A stretch of 64,000 bases of DNA. It comes from Podarcis vaucheri (taxonomy: Eukaryota). Each line of letters begins with the position of its first letter. Positions within the stretch are counted from its first letter, which is position 1. The notes beneath the pieces were generated by a model. It was not told the origin of the DNA, made no database searches, and saw nothing but the letters and a program-made list of their open reading frames with translations. This document shows positions 1 to 12,763 of the stretch, piece by piece. The stretch is from NCBI GenBank assembly GCA_965113315.1, contig OZ220364.1; one strand, given 5' to 3'. Position numbers and translations under genes: made by a program.

Positions 1-902
1 TAAACTGTATGTGTGTGTGTTTGTGTGCAGTCTTCAGGCCATTTGACTTGCATAATATCCTTTTTACATAAGATTTAGATAACTGATGTGTATATATGTT
101 AAAGTTGTATACTCAAGAGGAATGCCACATTTGGCATGCTCTTGTCTCTGTTCAGGATGCCTGGAAACCTTGCATTTGCTTGCCAGCAAATACTGGAATT
201 CTTGAACCTTGGTGTTTTAAGGAAAACCACAAATGAGAGATGTTAAGAGTAACCAAAATGCTACTGCAATTTTTCAAGGCGGTTGCTCTTGAAATCTCTC
301 TGGAGGGCACAAATGCTTCGGTTTGGAAAAGATCATTCATTTGACACACTGGGAGTTTTAAAGTAAAACAAGTGGACTGGTAGTTTCAAAACATACTGAA
401 AGCTACAGTGCTTTATTCCCACCTCTGGAAGGGAGGAGGGCTTGAAAAAGAGATGGCCTGAAGGCAGTTCATTCCTGACCACTTCCTCTCACTGACTCAG
501 CTTGTGAACATGGGCATATTGCTTCCCTTTCCAGTGCCTCTTTCCCATCAGTAATGGGGCTGGATCAAAGCTACTGCTTCCCACAGTCCACATCACTGCT
601 AAATCGTGTTACCTGTGCCATAACTGGAAAAACTATGATTTGAGGTGGACTGGAAATTCTCACAGGATTAGCATTGGGGAAAGCATTGAGTTAAACAGGT
701 ACAGCCTAAGAGGACACAGAACCCTGTTATTCTGCCCTAATTGCAATATGTGGGAACTGGGAATATAACTCATGAAAGCTACCTCTTAACATATCCTTAT
801 CAGCTGTCCTCAACTTATAGAAGTAGTCTATAGTGCAATGTTAAAACTCATGGTAACTTAGCATGGCTGCTCAATTTATACTATCCATTTTGCTTTTGGG
901 GC

Positions 903-1015
903 CATAGAAAGCTACCTGATTCTGAGTCAGATCATTGGTCTATCTAACTTAGTACTGTCTGCACTGGCTGGCAGTGGCTCGCTAGGGTTTTTGATGCAAG
1001 GTTTCCCCCCAGTCC
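903..1015. repeat. Degenerate CR1-tail / LF-SINE-like fragment
   Basis: catagaaagct...gagtcagatcattggtctatctaacttagtactgtctgcactggctggcagtggctc resembles an old amniote repeat; related fragments near 32800-32930, 43400-43520 and 58590-58690. Confidence 0.45.
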
Positions 1016-2899
1016 TGCCTTGAGCCACCAAGCAGATGCTTTTGTTCTCCCCCAGAATAAACAAGGAAGAGATTCTGTTCTGTAGGATCCCTTATTCACT
1101 TTTCCCCTACTCTTGCTCCTGCCCCAGGCATAAAGCCGATCACTACTGTCTTTCTCTTATGATGGTCAGTGTACTGCAGGAACTCATCTACTATATAGTT
1201 CAGTAGGTTGCTGCACTCTGCATAGACATTCAACGCATCTCTCACCGAGAACCGAGCCTGTTCCTATTTACGTTGCCTCTGTATTCTAATTCTTGGCCAT
1301 GCTATTGCAATGTGTTGTTGGAAATATATATAGAAGTTGGAGCTGCAACAATACGATGCACTGCTGAGTGCTGCTATTAAAGATTCCAACCACTCCCTCC
1401 CTCAAACCAGTTAGTCAGTCTCTGGCTCCTGAGCATGCTGTTCTCATTGGTCTGCTTTGAGATTTCCTTCCATTGGCTTTTTCCACTTTTTTTGTATTGC
1501 TACAAATCTTGGGGTTCCCCTATGCCTGGTAGTAGCTCCCGTTTTGTGCAAGGGCCTACAGCTTGAAAAGTGGAGCAGCATCCGCGTACACAACATTTTG
1601 CAGCACTGCCCTTCCTCTGCAAGCTAGCACTACCCAAGAACTGTGATGAAGATTGGTCTAGCTTGGTCAGGACTTGAGTAATTAGCAGGTAGAGAAGATG
1701 GACAATAGCACTGACTTCAACCAGACATAGCTTAAGTTGGTGGTGCTGACGTGCACTGCTGACTTTTACGTGAACAATAACTACCACACTATTTACTATG
1801 GATATGCTTTAGTGCAACTCGTGTTCACAAATAAATGAAGAGTGTGGTGTGGTGTGCTAGCCTTTGGCATCTTGTGAAAATTTCACAGCCCTACAATACA
1901 TCAGTACAGAGAAAATATACTCAAGGCCTCAGTCACTCTACTGCAGATTTCCTGTCTCATCTCTTTGAAATTCAATAGTCAATATTCCTAGCATTGCTTA
2001 GATTCTGACTTCTGGGGCTGCGGGGATCCAACTGTTACAATTAATTGCTTAACCATAATAGAAACAGGTACGAGCTTCCCCTTTCTGATCCTACTTATCC
2101 TCTTAAACTATGTTTTAGCAGCTTATATTTTGTTATGTCATCACATCATAAACTCTGGGGTCCTGGCCAAAAAGAAGAGTACAGTAATCAAAATGCAACC
2201 TATTGTGAAATCTAAGGGCCTCCTTTCTAACATTTCTAGTGTATGAGAACAAGAGTCGGAGGAGGGTACCCAAGACTGTGAGAGTTTACAGCAGGACATC
2301 CTAGTGTGACCAGAGGCCAACTGGTTGTGACAACTGCAAGAGTTCAGTTCAGTCTGACCTCTGTGTATTTACTTGGATGAAAGTCTCACTATGCTCAGTG
2401 GAGCTTGCTTCTCTGTGCACAGAACTGAAACCTTAATGGTGTAGCCTAGGGCTGCAAAAGCAAATGTCATAGGAAGTGAAGGAGTGGTGGCTGGGAGGGA
2501 CATTTTTCCTCTCTTTACAGCCGCCTTTAAAAAAAAAAACACAAAGCAAAACATAGAGGTTCTGATCTCCTTCCATATTTGAGCGCTCGCATTTATCTGC
2601 TGTAGTCAGGAAATACAAGTGTACAGGGGCAGGCAGGACAAACCTTCAGCGATCGGGATTAAGCAAGGGCGTGGACGCTGACCGCTGTAGTTTTGAGTGA
2701 ATAAATGTGGACTAGGAGGAGGTCAGGTTCGTAAATTGGGCAAATGAAGACGGGCGTTTGAGAGGAAAGCTAAGCGTTGCAGGCTGAGGGGGAAACTTCT
2801 ATTCCACTTTCCGCTAAAATCCGCCGCTGAAACTCCTGCTGCTATAAATGGAACAGCCAGCGAGTTGTTTTTTTAAAAAAAAGAATTATGTACTCGCCG

Positions 2900-4620
2900 G
2901 ATTCCTGCTGTTGACTTCTGCCTGAGGCGGCCAGAGAGCGCCCTTTCCAGCCGGCGCGGCCGCTAAGGGGACGCTGCGAATTCTCCTGCTCCACCTTAAG
3001 CCGCCAAGTGTAGGGAGGCTACGGGAGGCAACAGCGCCTCCTTAAGCGGCTGCGGGTCCCGCTCGGGCGGTGGTGGAGGCGGCGGCGCGTGCGGCTGGGG
3101 GAAGGGGAGGGAGGAGCTCGCGCTGCCCGGACCAGCCCGCGCGCCGCCGCTTCCAGCAGCAGCAGCGCCTGCCGGGCGGAGGGTCTAGTTGGCGCCGCGC
3201 GGGCAAGAGCTGAGGCCAAGGCGGAGCGGCGCACGGGGGCAGCGAAGCCCCGGGGGAGGCGGCAACACCATGGCCGGGCCCCCGCCGCCGCCCCCGGGCC
3301 AGGAGGCGCCGCGCTACCAGGAGTGGATCTTGGACACCATCGACTCGCTGCGCTCGCGCAAGGCGCGCCCGGACCTGGAGCGCATCTGCCGCATGGTGCG
3401 CCGGCGGCACGGCCCGGAGCCGGAGCGCACCCGCGCCGAGCTGGAGAAGCTCATCCAGCAGCGCGCCGTGCTCCGCGTCAGCTACAAGGGAAGCATCTCG
3501 TACCGCAACGCTGCGCGGGTCCAGCCGCCTCGGCGAGGCGGAACGCCCGCCGCCAGCCCCGCGGCCCCGCAGCGGCCGGCCCGCACTTCCCCGCCCAGCG
3601 CTCCCGCCGCCGCCGCCGCCGCCACCGCGACGCCCCGGTCCTCCCAGCGTGCAGCGCCCCGCGCGGAGCCAGCCGCGCCGCCGCCACCTCCTCCGCCGCC
3701 GCCACCGCCGCAGCCGCCGCCTCCTCGTCGGACCGGCCGGGAGCGACCGCCGCCGCCTGCCCCCGCCCCGGAGGAGCCCTCCCCCGTCAGCCTGCGAGAG
3801 ATTGTGCGCTACTTGGGCGGCGACGGCGCCGCGCCGGGGGGCGGCCGAGTGACTCGAGGCCGAGCGCAGGGGCTGCTCCAAGAGGAGCGGCTGGAGAGGA
3901 CCCGCTTGGGTGGCGGCGGGGGCGGGGGCGGCAGCGGCAACAGCGTCGCCTTGCCCAGGGCGGAGAGAGGCGCGCAGGCCCGGGCGCCCAGCGCCAGGGC
4001 TTACAGGAACAAGGTGAGGGGCTGCCGCGGCGCGCGCGGGGGGAGGGGGTGGGGGCGGGGCGGCGGGGGCGCACGGGCTGAGGGGAACAGGTGAGCTTCC
4101 CCAGGACGGAAACGGACCTAGCGGAGGAGTGCGCGCGCAGGGGGTGCCCGAACACTGGGCGCGCGGGGGGGGGAGCGGAGGGGCGGGCGCCGGAGAGGAG
4201 CCGCTTTCGGGGAGGGCAGACGGCGCCCAGCCCCCCGAATGTTGTCAGCGGGCGCTCGCGCAGGTGTGCGTGTGTCTGGGAGGAAGAGTTATGGGCAGCG
4301 CCCAATCAAATCGCTTTGGCACGGGAGGGGGCGCCACGATTGGTGCCTGGGCTTCGACGGGGCGACATTCTCCCGTGCAGTTCCGAAGTATTGTGGGAAG
4401 GTGAGCGGAAAGGCCGCCGCTGGATGGCACAACTCCGCCTGGTCCGCGGGGAACTTGCGGGGCCGAGTTGGGGAGCGGGTAAGAACCAACCCCGGGCGTG
4501 TGGAGAGGCTCCGCTCACCTGCGTGCGTGGCCCTCCGGTGACACTTGTGCGGCGTGGAGGATGCACGTCGGGCCATGGACAGTGGCCCCTTCTCCGACCT
4601 CGCCACCCCCCCCCCCGCCA
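2900..4620 (+). promoter_or_regulatory. CpG island covering the SAMD1 promoter, exon 1 and the start of intron 1
   Basis: Abrupt switch to very high GC with dense CpG/GCGC and GC boxes around the SAMD1 start codon; G-run tract just after the exon-1 donor. Boundaries approximate. Confidence 0.85.
3270..4013 (+). CDS. SAMD1: SAMD1 coding exon 1 (winged-helix domain, Pro/Ala/Gly-rich region)
   Basis: Kozak accATGG at 3270; donor AAG|GTGAGG after 4013 (phase 0). Confidence 0.93.
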
Positions 4621-7600
4621 AACTCAGGCCGTGCCAGGCTCCGTATAAACACAGAACAAAGAGTCAGTTTGTGCTTGACCTAAAGGGTTCTGTAACCTCC
4701 AATAAGGTCGGGAGGTGGTGGGAGTAGTAAGGCAGCGAATGCAAACGGGGAGCGGAGGGGGGAGCAGAAAAGGAGAAATCATGTCACCCTCATGTCAGGA
4801 GAGTGACCAGCTCTGGAATGTAACCCAATCCAGTAAGGATCAGAGCAATTATCAAGGGTAGAATACAATTACAGTCCAGTAAAAAGAAGCCCCTTTCGGT
4901 TCTCTCTTATTTTTGGCAAGTTTTCTGTTACAAGGATGGCAATAGATTTCCATAAATCTAGGCGGATCTGCCCAACAAAGCCAAGTGGAGGGATGGTGTG
5001 GCTGAAGTTTGATTCCATCTCTTCTTGGATTAGAAGGCTCCTGCTGTGTTTCAAAGAGCCTCTGAGCATTTTGCGGTAGTATTTTGGAGGCCTTTACCCA
5101 GACTAGCAACACCACTGGTTCCAAGTACAGTGGTACCTTAGGTTACATATGCTTCAGGTTACAGACTCTGCTAACCCAGAAATAGTACCTCGGGTTAAGA
5201 ACTTTGCTTCAGGATGAGAACAAAAATCGTGCTCTGGCGGCGCGGCAGCAGCGGGAATCCCATTAGCTAAAGTGGTGCTTCAGGTTAAGAACAGTTTCAG
5301 GTTAAGAACGGACCTCCGGAACAAATTAAGTGTGTAACCAGAGGTACCACTGTACAGTAACTCATTTTGAACAAATAGGGGAAACTGAAGCAGGATTACA
5401 AGAAATGGCTCTGAGTAAAATTACATTGTAACCTGGAAGTAGATTGGCTTAGTTGTCAAAGTGTGCAATCCTGTTTATATGTCTAGACAGAAGTAACAGC
5501 CACAGAGGTCAGTGGTACTTAACTCCCAGGAAAGCTGGCATAGGATTTAGCAAAAGGCCACAATCCCATACACCCTTAGCTTGGCAGTAAGCACCATTAA
5601 CAACAATTATGTGTAGGACAGTACTGTAAAGTCAATAAAAGTGAAACAAGGAACTTGAGGCACCAACATTGAGTAAGCCTGGAGAGTTAGACACAGGGGT
5701 GATTAGTCTGGGGTGCTGTGGAAGCAGGGCCTGGATTTGTAAATATATATGTATTCTTTTTATGTTTGCAGAAGGCAGGTGAGGAGGTCAAAGGTGAAGA
5801 AGAAGAGGAGGAGGAGGAAGAAGAAGAGGATGAAGCCTCCACCATGTCTGAAGGTTCAGAGGTGGCACAAGATTATGAGGCCAGCAACTACAGCAGACCT
5901 GGGATGGGCCAGGTGAACGGGGACTGTAAGGACAGCAAGCATGGTGGGAAAGAGATCCCGCCCAGCAGTGCCCTCACCAGAGACCTGCGCTCCCTCGAGG
6001 AGCAGCCCTTGAACAAAGGATCAGAGCGTCCCCACCATGAAGGAAATGAGCAATGTCATACAAAGGCCTCTTGGCCTGGAGAAAGTGCCTGTCACCATCT
6101 GGGGGGCAGCAAGAAAGATGGCAGCGCCTATCAGCAGCCAGACAGAGCAGGTATAGGGTATAGGGTGGGCGAGAGGGCGGGGGGGGGAGTAGTTGGCTAA
6201 GCTTGACTTTTCTTGGGAGACCCAGGCCCTAGAGGGATATGGCAAAAGATCCTAATGGAGGAACTATTGGAGATGGTGATAAGATTATTGCACAGGTTTT
6301 TCCAGTGTAAATAGACCCCTGGGGTCGTTGTGCAACTCACTATTGAGAATTATGCCTAGGAGCCCTAGGCCAGGTCAGTGGTATTATGGGTGGATGAGGA
6401 GCGGGGGGTCAGATTGTGGGAAGATGGCTTTGGCTCTCAGGTGTTTGTGCCATGGGAATTAAAACTGGCTTCTTGTTCTCTGCCTCAAAAGGGCTCCAGG
6501 CACATACACATGCACAAATTCATTCACCAGCTAGTTAAAGCCTCATTGCTATGTAAGAGAACCAGGCCCATTCCCATTTGTGTGTTGTTTTTTCTCCCTC
6601 TCTCTTACTTTCTCCCAGTGTCACCAGCTGTTGCAGGTACTGAGCCCTCTGTGCCCTCATCCCCTGGGAGACCTGGCATCCAGGCAGATGGGAGAGCCTT
6701 CAGCTGCACGTAAGTTTTGAGTGGGCACCGAAAACCCATTTGTTTAATGACAGCTAGTTCACCTATGACCCTCTGTAAGGAGAGAACACTTGAGTACCCT
6801 GCCATCAGTGCCACCACCTATTTAGAAAAGGACCAGACAAGACGTCTTCAGCAGTGAGTAAAGGCTGACTGCATCTAGAAGGGCTTTCATCTGGGTAAGC
6901 TTGCCCCTCATTCTACCCTGGTGCTTATGGAAATGAGGGAGGAGCTGTAGCTGCTGCCTCACCCCAGCTGGTTCTTAAGAGAAGGAGCAGCAGCAGCAGC
7001 ACTTAGCTTTTGCACACTCTGGGAAATGAAGCTGCTGTCAGAGTGAATGAGGGGCTGCTGAGGTGGTGGCAGTAGAGGAGGAAGCAGTAAGTTAGTCCTG
7101 CAAGTTTCTTCAGCTGCCTCCCTCCTTCATTGGAGGAAATGAGTTGCTGCTGCCCTTCAGATTCCGAAGCAGGCACAGTGGGGTTGAAATACTTAGACGT
7201 CCTCATTAGGCTGCTTTGCACATTGCCATATTCGTGTGACTGTGATGCCATATTGGTGCCTCTCAATGGGGGCCTTCCCTTCCTGTTTGCTGGGATAGGC
7301 TTCCTGTTAGCCTGGCCTCTGTCACCCATGTTCTGGGAACCTCCAAGATAGACTGCTGGAATGCACTGTCTATAGAGCTGCCTTGGGAAACTGTTCAGAA
7401 GCTGCAGTTCGTATAGAATGCAGCTGCTTGATTGCTGCCTGGGACTGGGTGTTAGGATCATGTTTTGCCTGTGCTACGTGGCTACACTGGCTTCCATTCC
7501 ATTAGTGGGTCCTGTTCAAAGGGAACTTGAAGGGCCATCTGTCTCCAGATATGCCTCACTGACTGAGGTGAGGTGGGTGGCAACCAGAGAAAGTTTATTT

Positions 7601-9593
7601 TTGCTGGTGGATCCCCAGCAAGTGATGGAACATCTTCTGCCCAAAGATGTTTCCCTGACAAGATGCTATTTTTCCTTTCAGCTCCAAGCAGGTGTTTTTT
7701 TTATTTACCCAAGCTTTTGAGATGAAGTTATTGCTCTCTGTCATTTTGCGGCATTTGACTTTATTATTCACATTTTGTTTTACTCTTGTAACCCCTCCCC
7801 TTCCCGCAGTATATTTGAAGTGTGGCTTAAAAATACACATAATAAATTACTGGGGCGGGGTTTGGGTGGCCCCGTACAGAAAAACTTGTCTCTTGCTCAA
7901 GTTGGGTTCTTTTTATGATCTGCCCCCCCCCCCTATTCTGGATCCATGCATGCACTCTCTTCTTTTTAACTCCTGGTGAGAAGTCCCCTTCTCATTGTGG
8001 AGCAGGAGGCCATTGGATGCCTGGGGTATGAATTCTCTTTTCTCTCTCTCTCCTCCTTGTAGCTCAGTGAAGGAGAAGCCTTCTGACCCAGTGGAATGGA
8101 CTGTGAGTGATGTTGTGGATTATTTCACAGAAGCTGGTTTTGCTGAGCAAGCATCTGCCTTTCAAGAACAGGTGAGAACCTTGGAATACCAAGTGAAAGA
8201 TTTGGGGATTAATGCTCAAGCGGAACTCTTAGTGAAATAGAAGGCCCTGAATGGCATGGGCACTGAATGTTTAACAGGGTAGGGACTTGCATGTATGCAC
8301 ACTTGGTTCCTAGTTGCTTAGGGGCTCTTTGTCAAATGTAAAACACGAGCCAGGGTGCATATGATTGTACATCAAAGCAGCAGTCACTGTGGGGGTTTCT
8401 TGCGTGCTAAAAAACCTGCCTTGCAAATAACAGAGGTGCTTGCCAATGATTAGAGATCTGTTTCAGTTATCCATATTGCCACTCCCCACCATTGCTTCCG
8501 ACTGGTTATTTGCTTCAGGAAAAATAGTTACTAGAGCTCAGCAATCCTATTTGAATGTGTGTTTATGTTCATAGGAAGCATCCAGAGTGTTCTCCCACAC
8601 ACGTCTTCCCCATCCCTCTCTGCATGTTGCATCATGGGCCTCTTTCCCTTAGTATGGGATTTGGCTCCTTCAGCCCTCTCTCCTCTTGTAATCAAGGCTC
8701 TCTGCCTGGTCCAACTACAGCTGTCAATGACACCAACCAAGGCCAAAGTCAGGCTTCCCTCTTCAGGGATCTACACTTAGAAGCATCCCACCTTGTGAGC
8801 TGGATGCTGTCTATGGACATCTGCACCTTCAAGCCACCTTTCCATAGGCCCTGTTGCGACCTAAGCTCAACAGAGAGTGGTGGTGTTGTGCTTCCTATGC
8901 GCTGTGTTCAGATAGAAAAGACTGAAAAATACTCTTGTGACTATTTCAAAATATGAAATTCTGCTTAGGATGGGCATTTCCTGGTGACTTGTGTTCATAA
9001 CTGTCAACGTTTCCCTTATTCCAAATAGGATTCCTCGCAAGAAAAGGGAAAAGTTGACAGCTATGCTTGTGTTGGAGGCCTAATGGGTTGATGGCCAGGT
9101 GTTAAACCAGTGGCATGAATCGTAATTGATAATGCTTAAATATCTGTTAAAAGGATGGGGAAGGACTAAGCATTCAAGATAGGCAAAAAAATGTGCATAA
9201 ATTCAATCATATCCATTCCTCAACCTGGAAGCTCGTCTAGATTTAAAGAACACTTTCCTTCTTCCCTCCAGTTCACTGAGGAGGGGGATTCCTTCTTAAT
9301 ACAGATCTCTACTATTGCTTTCTTAAAAGTGGTGTGTGTGTGTGTGTGTGTAATCTATATTCTGTCTCTTAATGGGGGGAGTCCCTGTGCCCTAAACACC
9401 CTGTTGTTTTGTCCCTCTGTTGCTCCCGCTGCAGGAGATCGATGGGAAGTCTCTTCTGCTGATGCAGCGCACCGATGTCCTGACCGGCCTCTCCATCCGC
9501 CTGGGGCCTGCTCTCAAGATCTACGAGTACCACATCAAGGTGCTGCAGCAGTGCCACTTTGAGGAGGACGAGGGCGACTCCTTCATGGGCTGA
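3270..9593 (+). CDS. SAMD1: SAMD1 (sterile alpha motif domain-containing 1 / atherin); join(3270..4013,5772..6150,6619..6709,8063..8171,9435..9593), 493 aa
   Basis: N-terminal winged-helix [67 protein letters not shown] and C-terminal SAM domain [59 protein letters not shown] match recalled SAMD1. Exon lengths 744+379+91+109+159=1482 nt; all introns GT-AG with phases 0,1,2,0. Confidence 0.96.
5128..5352. mobile_element. Tc1/mariner-superfamily (Tigger/pogo-like) MITE in SAMD1 intron 1
   Basis: 20-bp terminal inverted repeats (TIRs) cagtggtaccttaggttaca / tgtaaccagaggtaccactg (2 mismatches), flanked by TA at 5126-5127 and 5353-5354; no coding capacity. Confidence 0.88.
5772..6150 (+). CDS. 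SAMD1: SAMD1 coding exon 2 (acidic poly-Glu, SEGSEV motif)
   Basis: Acceptor tttgcag|AAG; [14 protein letters not shown]...MSEGSEV...VNG; donor CAG|GTATAG (phase 1). Confidence 0.88.
6619..6709 (+). CDS. SAMD1: SAMD1 coding exon 3
   Basis: Acceptor tttctcccag|TG; [29 protein letters not shown] resembles human PGKPALPGADGTPFGC; donor AC|GTAAGT (phase 2). Confidence 0.88.
8063..8171 (+). CDS. SAMD1: SAMD1 coding exon 4 (SAM domain, first half)
   Basis: Acceptor ccttgtag|C; [34 protein letters not shown]; donor CAG|GTGAGA (phase 0). Confidence 0.95.
9435..9593 (+). CDS. SAMD1: SAMD1 coding exon 5 (SAM domain, second half, stop)
   Basis: Acceptor gctgcag|GAG; [52 protein letters not shown]; TGA at 9591-9593. 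Confidence 0.95.
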   Translation, partial: EIDGKSLLLMQRTDVLTGLSIRLGPALKIYEYHIKVLQQCHFEEDEGDSFMG

Positions 9594-12571
9594 GGAGGAC
9601 GGGCGCAGCTCGCGAAGGGTGTGGAGAGCTTGGGTGGGGAGAAGTGAACGGGGACTCTGCCAACCGCTACTGTCTCGAGTCATTTCAGCCTTTCTCTGCC
9701 TCCATGAAAACAAAGAGAAGCAGCTGTGTGGGAAGGGGAAGAAGGACTTTGGCCAGATTTTTGTGAAAATGGTGGGGAGGACAGAAATGATGATCCAGGC
9801 TTTGCGGCTTCTCTACCCTGATTGTCCAGAGATAGGAAAGACAGGGAGGGAGGGCTGCAAAAAAGAAAAAGAAAATCCCACCCTTCTCCCAACCTGTCTG
9901 TGTTACTTACCCCAGCATTTTACTTACCATAGTGCATTGTCTGTTATTGGGAAAGGGTGGAAAGATGTGGTTTTTGTCCCTCTTCCCAGCCGCAGTTTAA
10001 TTGAGATAATTTGTGCTTCAGCATCCCCCTTTCCCCTTCCCCTTTACCACCACCACAACAGCAACCACAGTAGCACTTGATGGTCCTACCTGCTCCCCTC
10101 CCTTTGTTGCTGTTCTCAAGAAGACAAAGATAGAGCCTGCTGAAGGTGTCAGGAGGTTTTAATCAAATATCTTTTTATTCTCTTTTCTGTTTGGGTAGGC
10201 TTTTCTTCCAGTTTTCATGGCCGTTGCCCAGAGTCAACTGCTTTTTATTATTTCTTTCTTCCCATTTTTTAAAAAAATATATAAATATTTAAACTGGAAA
10301 AAAACCCAATTGGTTTAGTATTCCCAGACTTGTTAGCCTTCTGGAAGGGTATTGGATCACCTAAAATGAACATGTGTCTAAAGGACAAAAGTATGTGTAA
10401 AAAGAGGTGGAAGTCCTGAGTTCTGCTCTCTTTTTCTCTCCTTTTTTATTTGAGGGTGGTGATGTCACCTAGTGGTGTTGCTAATCAGTTTATGGGATGT
10501 ATTCTGACTAGTCCAGGGATGGGAGCAGAACTCTGGAGTTCTGGCTCAATTTTCAATGCTATAATCAACTGGGGTAAAAAGTGTGGTAACATTTGCACCA
10601 TCACCAGGTCTAAAATGAAACACTTAGCGTTTAGGGAAGGTCTCATTGCAGTAACAGAGGCAGATGACTTGTCGTCTGTGTATATTCACAACCCGGTGGC
10701 TTAGATGGTGCTTCTATAGCAGATAATATAAGTGGAGCAAACACTTTGGGGACTGAAAAGAGCAAGGAAAGGAAATGGTCCGTAGCCCTGTTCTCAGTTA
10801 CGAAAAATGGGGTGTGGTTTTTGTTGCCTTAAGAAAGGATCTCCTCTTGTTAAAGCAGGCCAAGCCCGCAAAGGTAGACTGTAAAGGCAAGAGGGGGTGG
10901 TAAAAAAGACTACAGTGAAATTGGCTCTTTGTGCAAATCAAATGGAGAGGCTCTAGCTATGGCACACAACACAAAATCTGAGCTTTCTTGGTGATTTTTC
11001 AGGGCACACCTCTTGAGTACCCCAGTTGCTTAGTAAGTATCTGTTTCACAAACAGTTTGAAACTCGTTTCACTGTCATGGCTTTCTCTAAAGAACTGTAG
11101 GAATGGACACCTTTTGGTGAGGCTGCTGAGAACTCTTTTGTAGTATCTTAGACCCTTTTACAGAATGACAGTTCCTTGAATTTGTTGTTTTAGAGCCGTG
11201 GCAAATGAGGGTTGAAACTGGTTTAAATTTGGAATGTAGACAGGCCCTTAGTACAGTTTGAGGATCAGTGGATAGACAGTAGCTACCCTGTTTAGTTGTG
11301 ACTCAGAAACAGAGAAGCGTACGTAGCTCGAGACACAACCCAACATGCATGCCTAGAGGAATGCACAGCTAGACAGGAGCACACTGAATTTATGTTCTCA
11401 AAATTTTATTTGGAACCATGAGGGCTAGAAACCTATTGTTTGAACTTTGAAAGCAGAGGTTCTCAATGTTGTAGCACAAAAGTGCCTCAGGGGCTTACAT
11501 ACCGGCTGCATGTTGCCCCCTATTGCACTAGACCCTACTATTTTGTCCAGAGCTGGGAATAAAAAAACAACAAGATTTTTGGGTTCTAATATGTATTCTG
11601 TTTATTGGCCACCAGTTGTCAAAAGAGCTGCCATAGGAGGTGAAATGCTTTAGGAACCAATTTAGATGACTCAACAGTGGGAGTGATTTTTCCAACTCTT
11701 CATGCTGTCCTTTTGGGAACAGAGTAGGGCGCATAGAATTGGGCTGCCCATTTACTTCATTGTTATTGACACTGGCCAGGGTGGAAAGAAGAGAGGACAT
11801 TCATAATCCACAGTGGAAAGGTGTAGATTAGAATGGACAAAGCCAAGCAAGGCTGTTGCAGCGCAGTGTTCTGAAAATTCCTCTGTGAGGCTTGGATGGG
11901 ACAAGGTTGTGTTGCCTGTCAGTGCAGAGGGTAGTTCAAGTAAGAGACAAGACGGAAAGGGGCTTCAGGATCCTAACTTCCTAGATATACTGTAGTACAG
12001 TTTAAGGGCTGATATACATGACCTTGTGCTGATGAAAACACAGATAAGGTGTTGGCTGGTTGTGTGGTTTTTTAAAAAACAGATTTGTGCTTTGGGATCT
12101 AGGCTTGAGCTGGTTGGCAATGGGCCCAGGTTGTAACATACAGGTTTTGGAAATTTGTGCAGGGGGAATGGCCTTGGCTAAGGCTGTGCTAAGGTGTGAA
12201 CTGGGCTTGTGTTCCCTAATTCAACATCTACAAAATCCAAAGGCGAAGTTTCCTTAGTAAAGGTGGACACAACATATTGCACAGTCTTTTATGTTGATCT
12301 AGGCTAATCTAGCGACCGGAAGTTAAACACTTAAAGGCTAGGAATTAATTTGGACCATTCTAATGAGGAGAAATAGTATTTTAATACTTCAGCTGGTCAA
12401 ATAAGTGCTCCATCACATTGGGTGACTCAGTTCCAACGAAGTTTCATCTCAACCTTTATTTGAAATCTAGTTTGGATGTGAAGCTGAAACCCGGAGGTTT
12501 GGGATGGACTGGGCTGGGGAATCACGTGCACCCACTTCAGTGTGAGACCTCACACCTGGCGCCCTCTACCT

Positions 12572-12763
12572 CAGAGCTTTCCAAACTTTTCATGTTGGCG
12601 ACACACTTTTTAGACATGCATTATTTTGTAACACAGTAATTCAGTTTTGCTAGCAAACCGGAGGTTAAACTAACCCCTTTCCAGCACCAGGAAGAGAGCG
12701 GGGAACATTTGCACGACACACTAACACACTAAGGTGTCGCTTCACAGAGTTTGGAAAGCTCTG
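12572..12763. mobile_element. hAT-type MITE
   Basis: Perfect 16-bp TIRs cagagctttccaaact / agtttggaaagctctg; 8-bp TSD ctctacct / ttctacct. Confidence 0.85.

Noticed and set aside
3042-4648. Several long overlapping ORFs (279, 330, 172 and 185 aa) and the TTG-started extension from 3189
   Set aside because: These are by-products of a stop-poor CpG island. Only the frame from ATG 3270 matches SAMD1.
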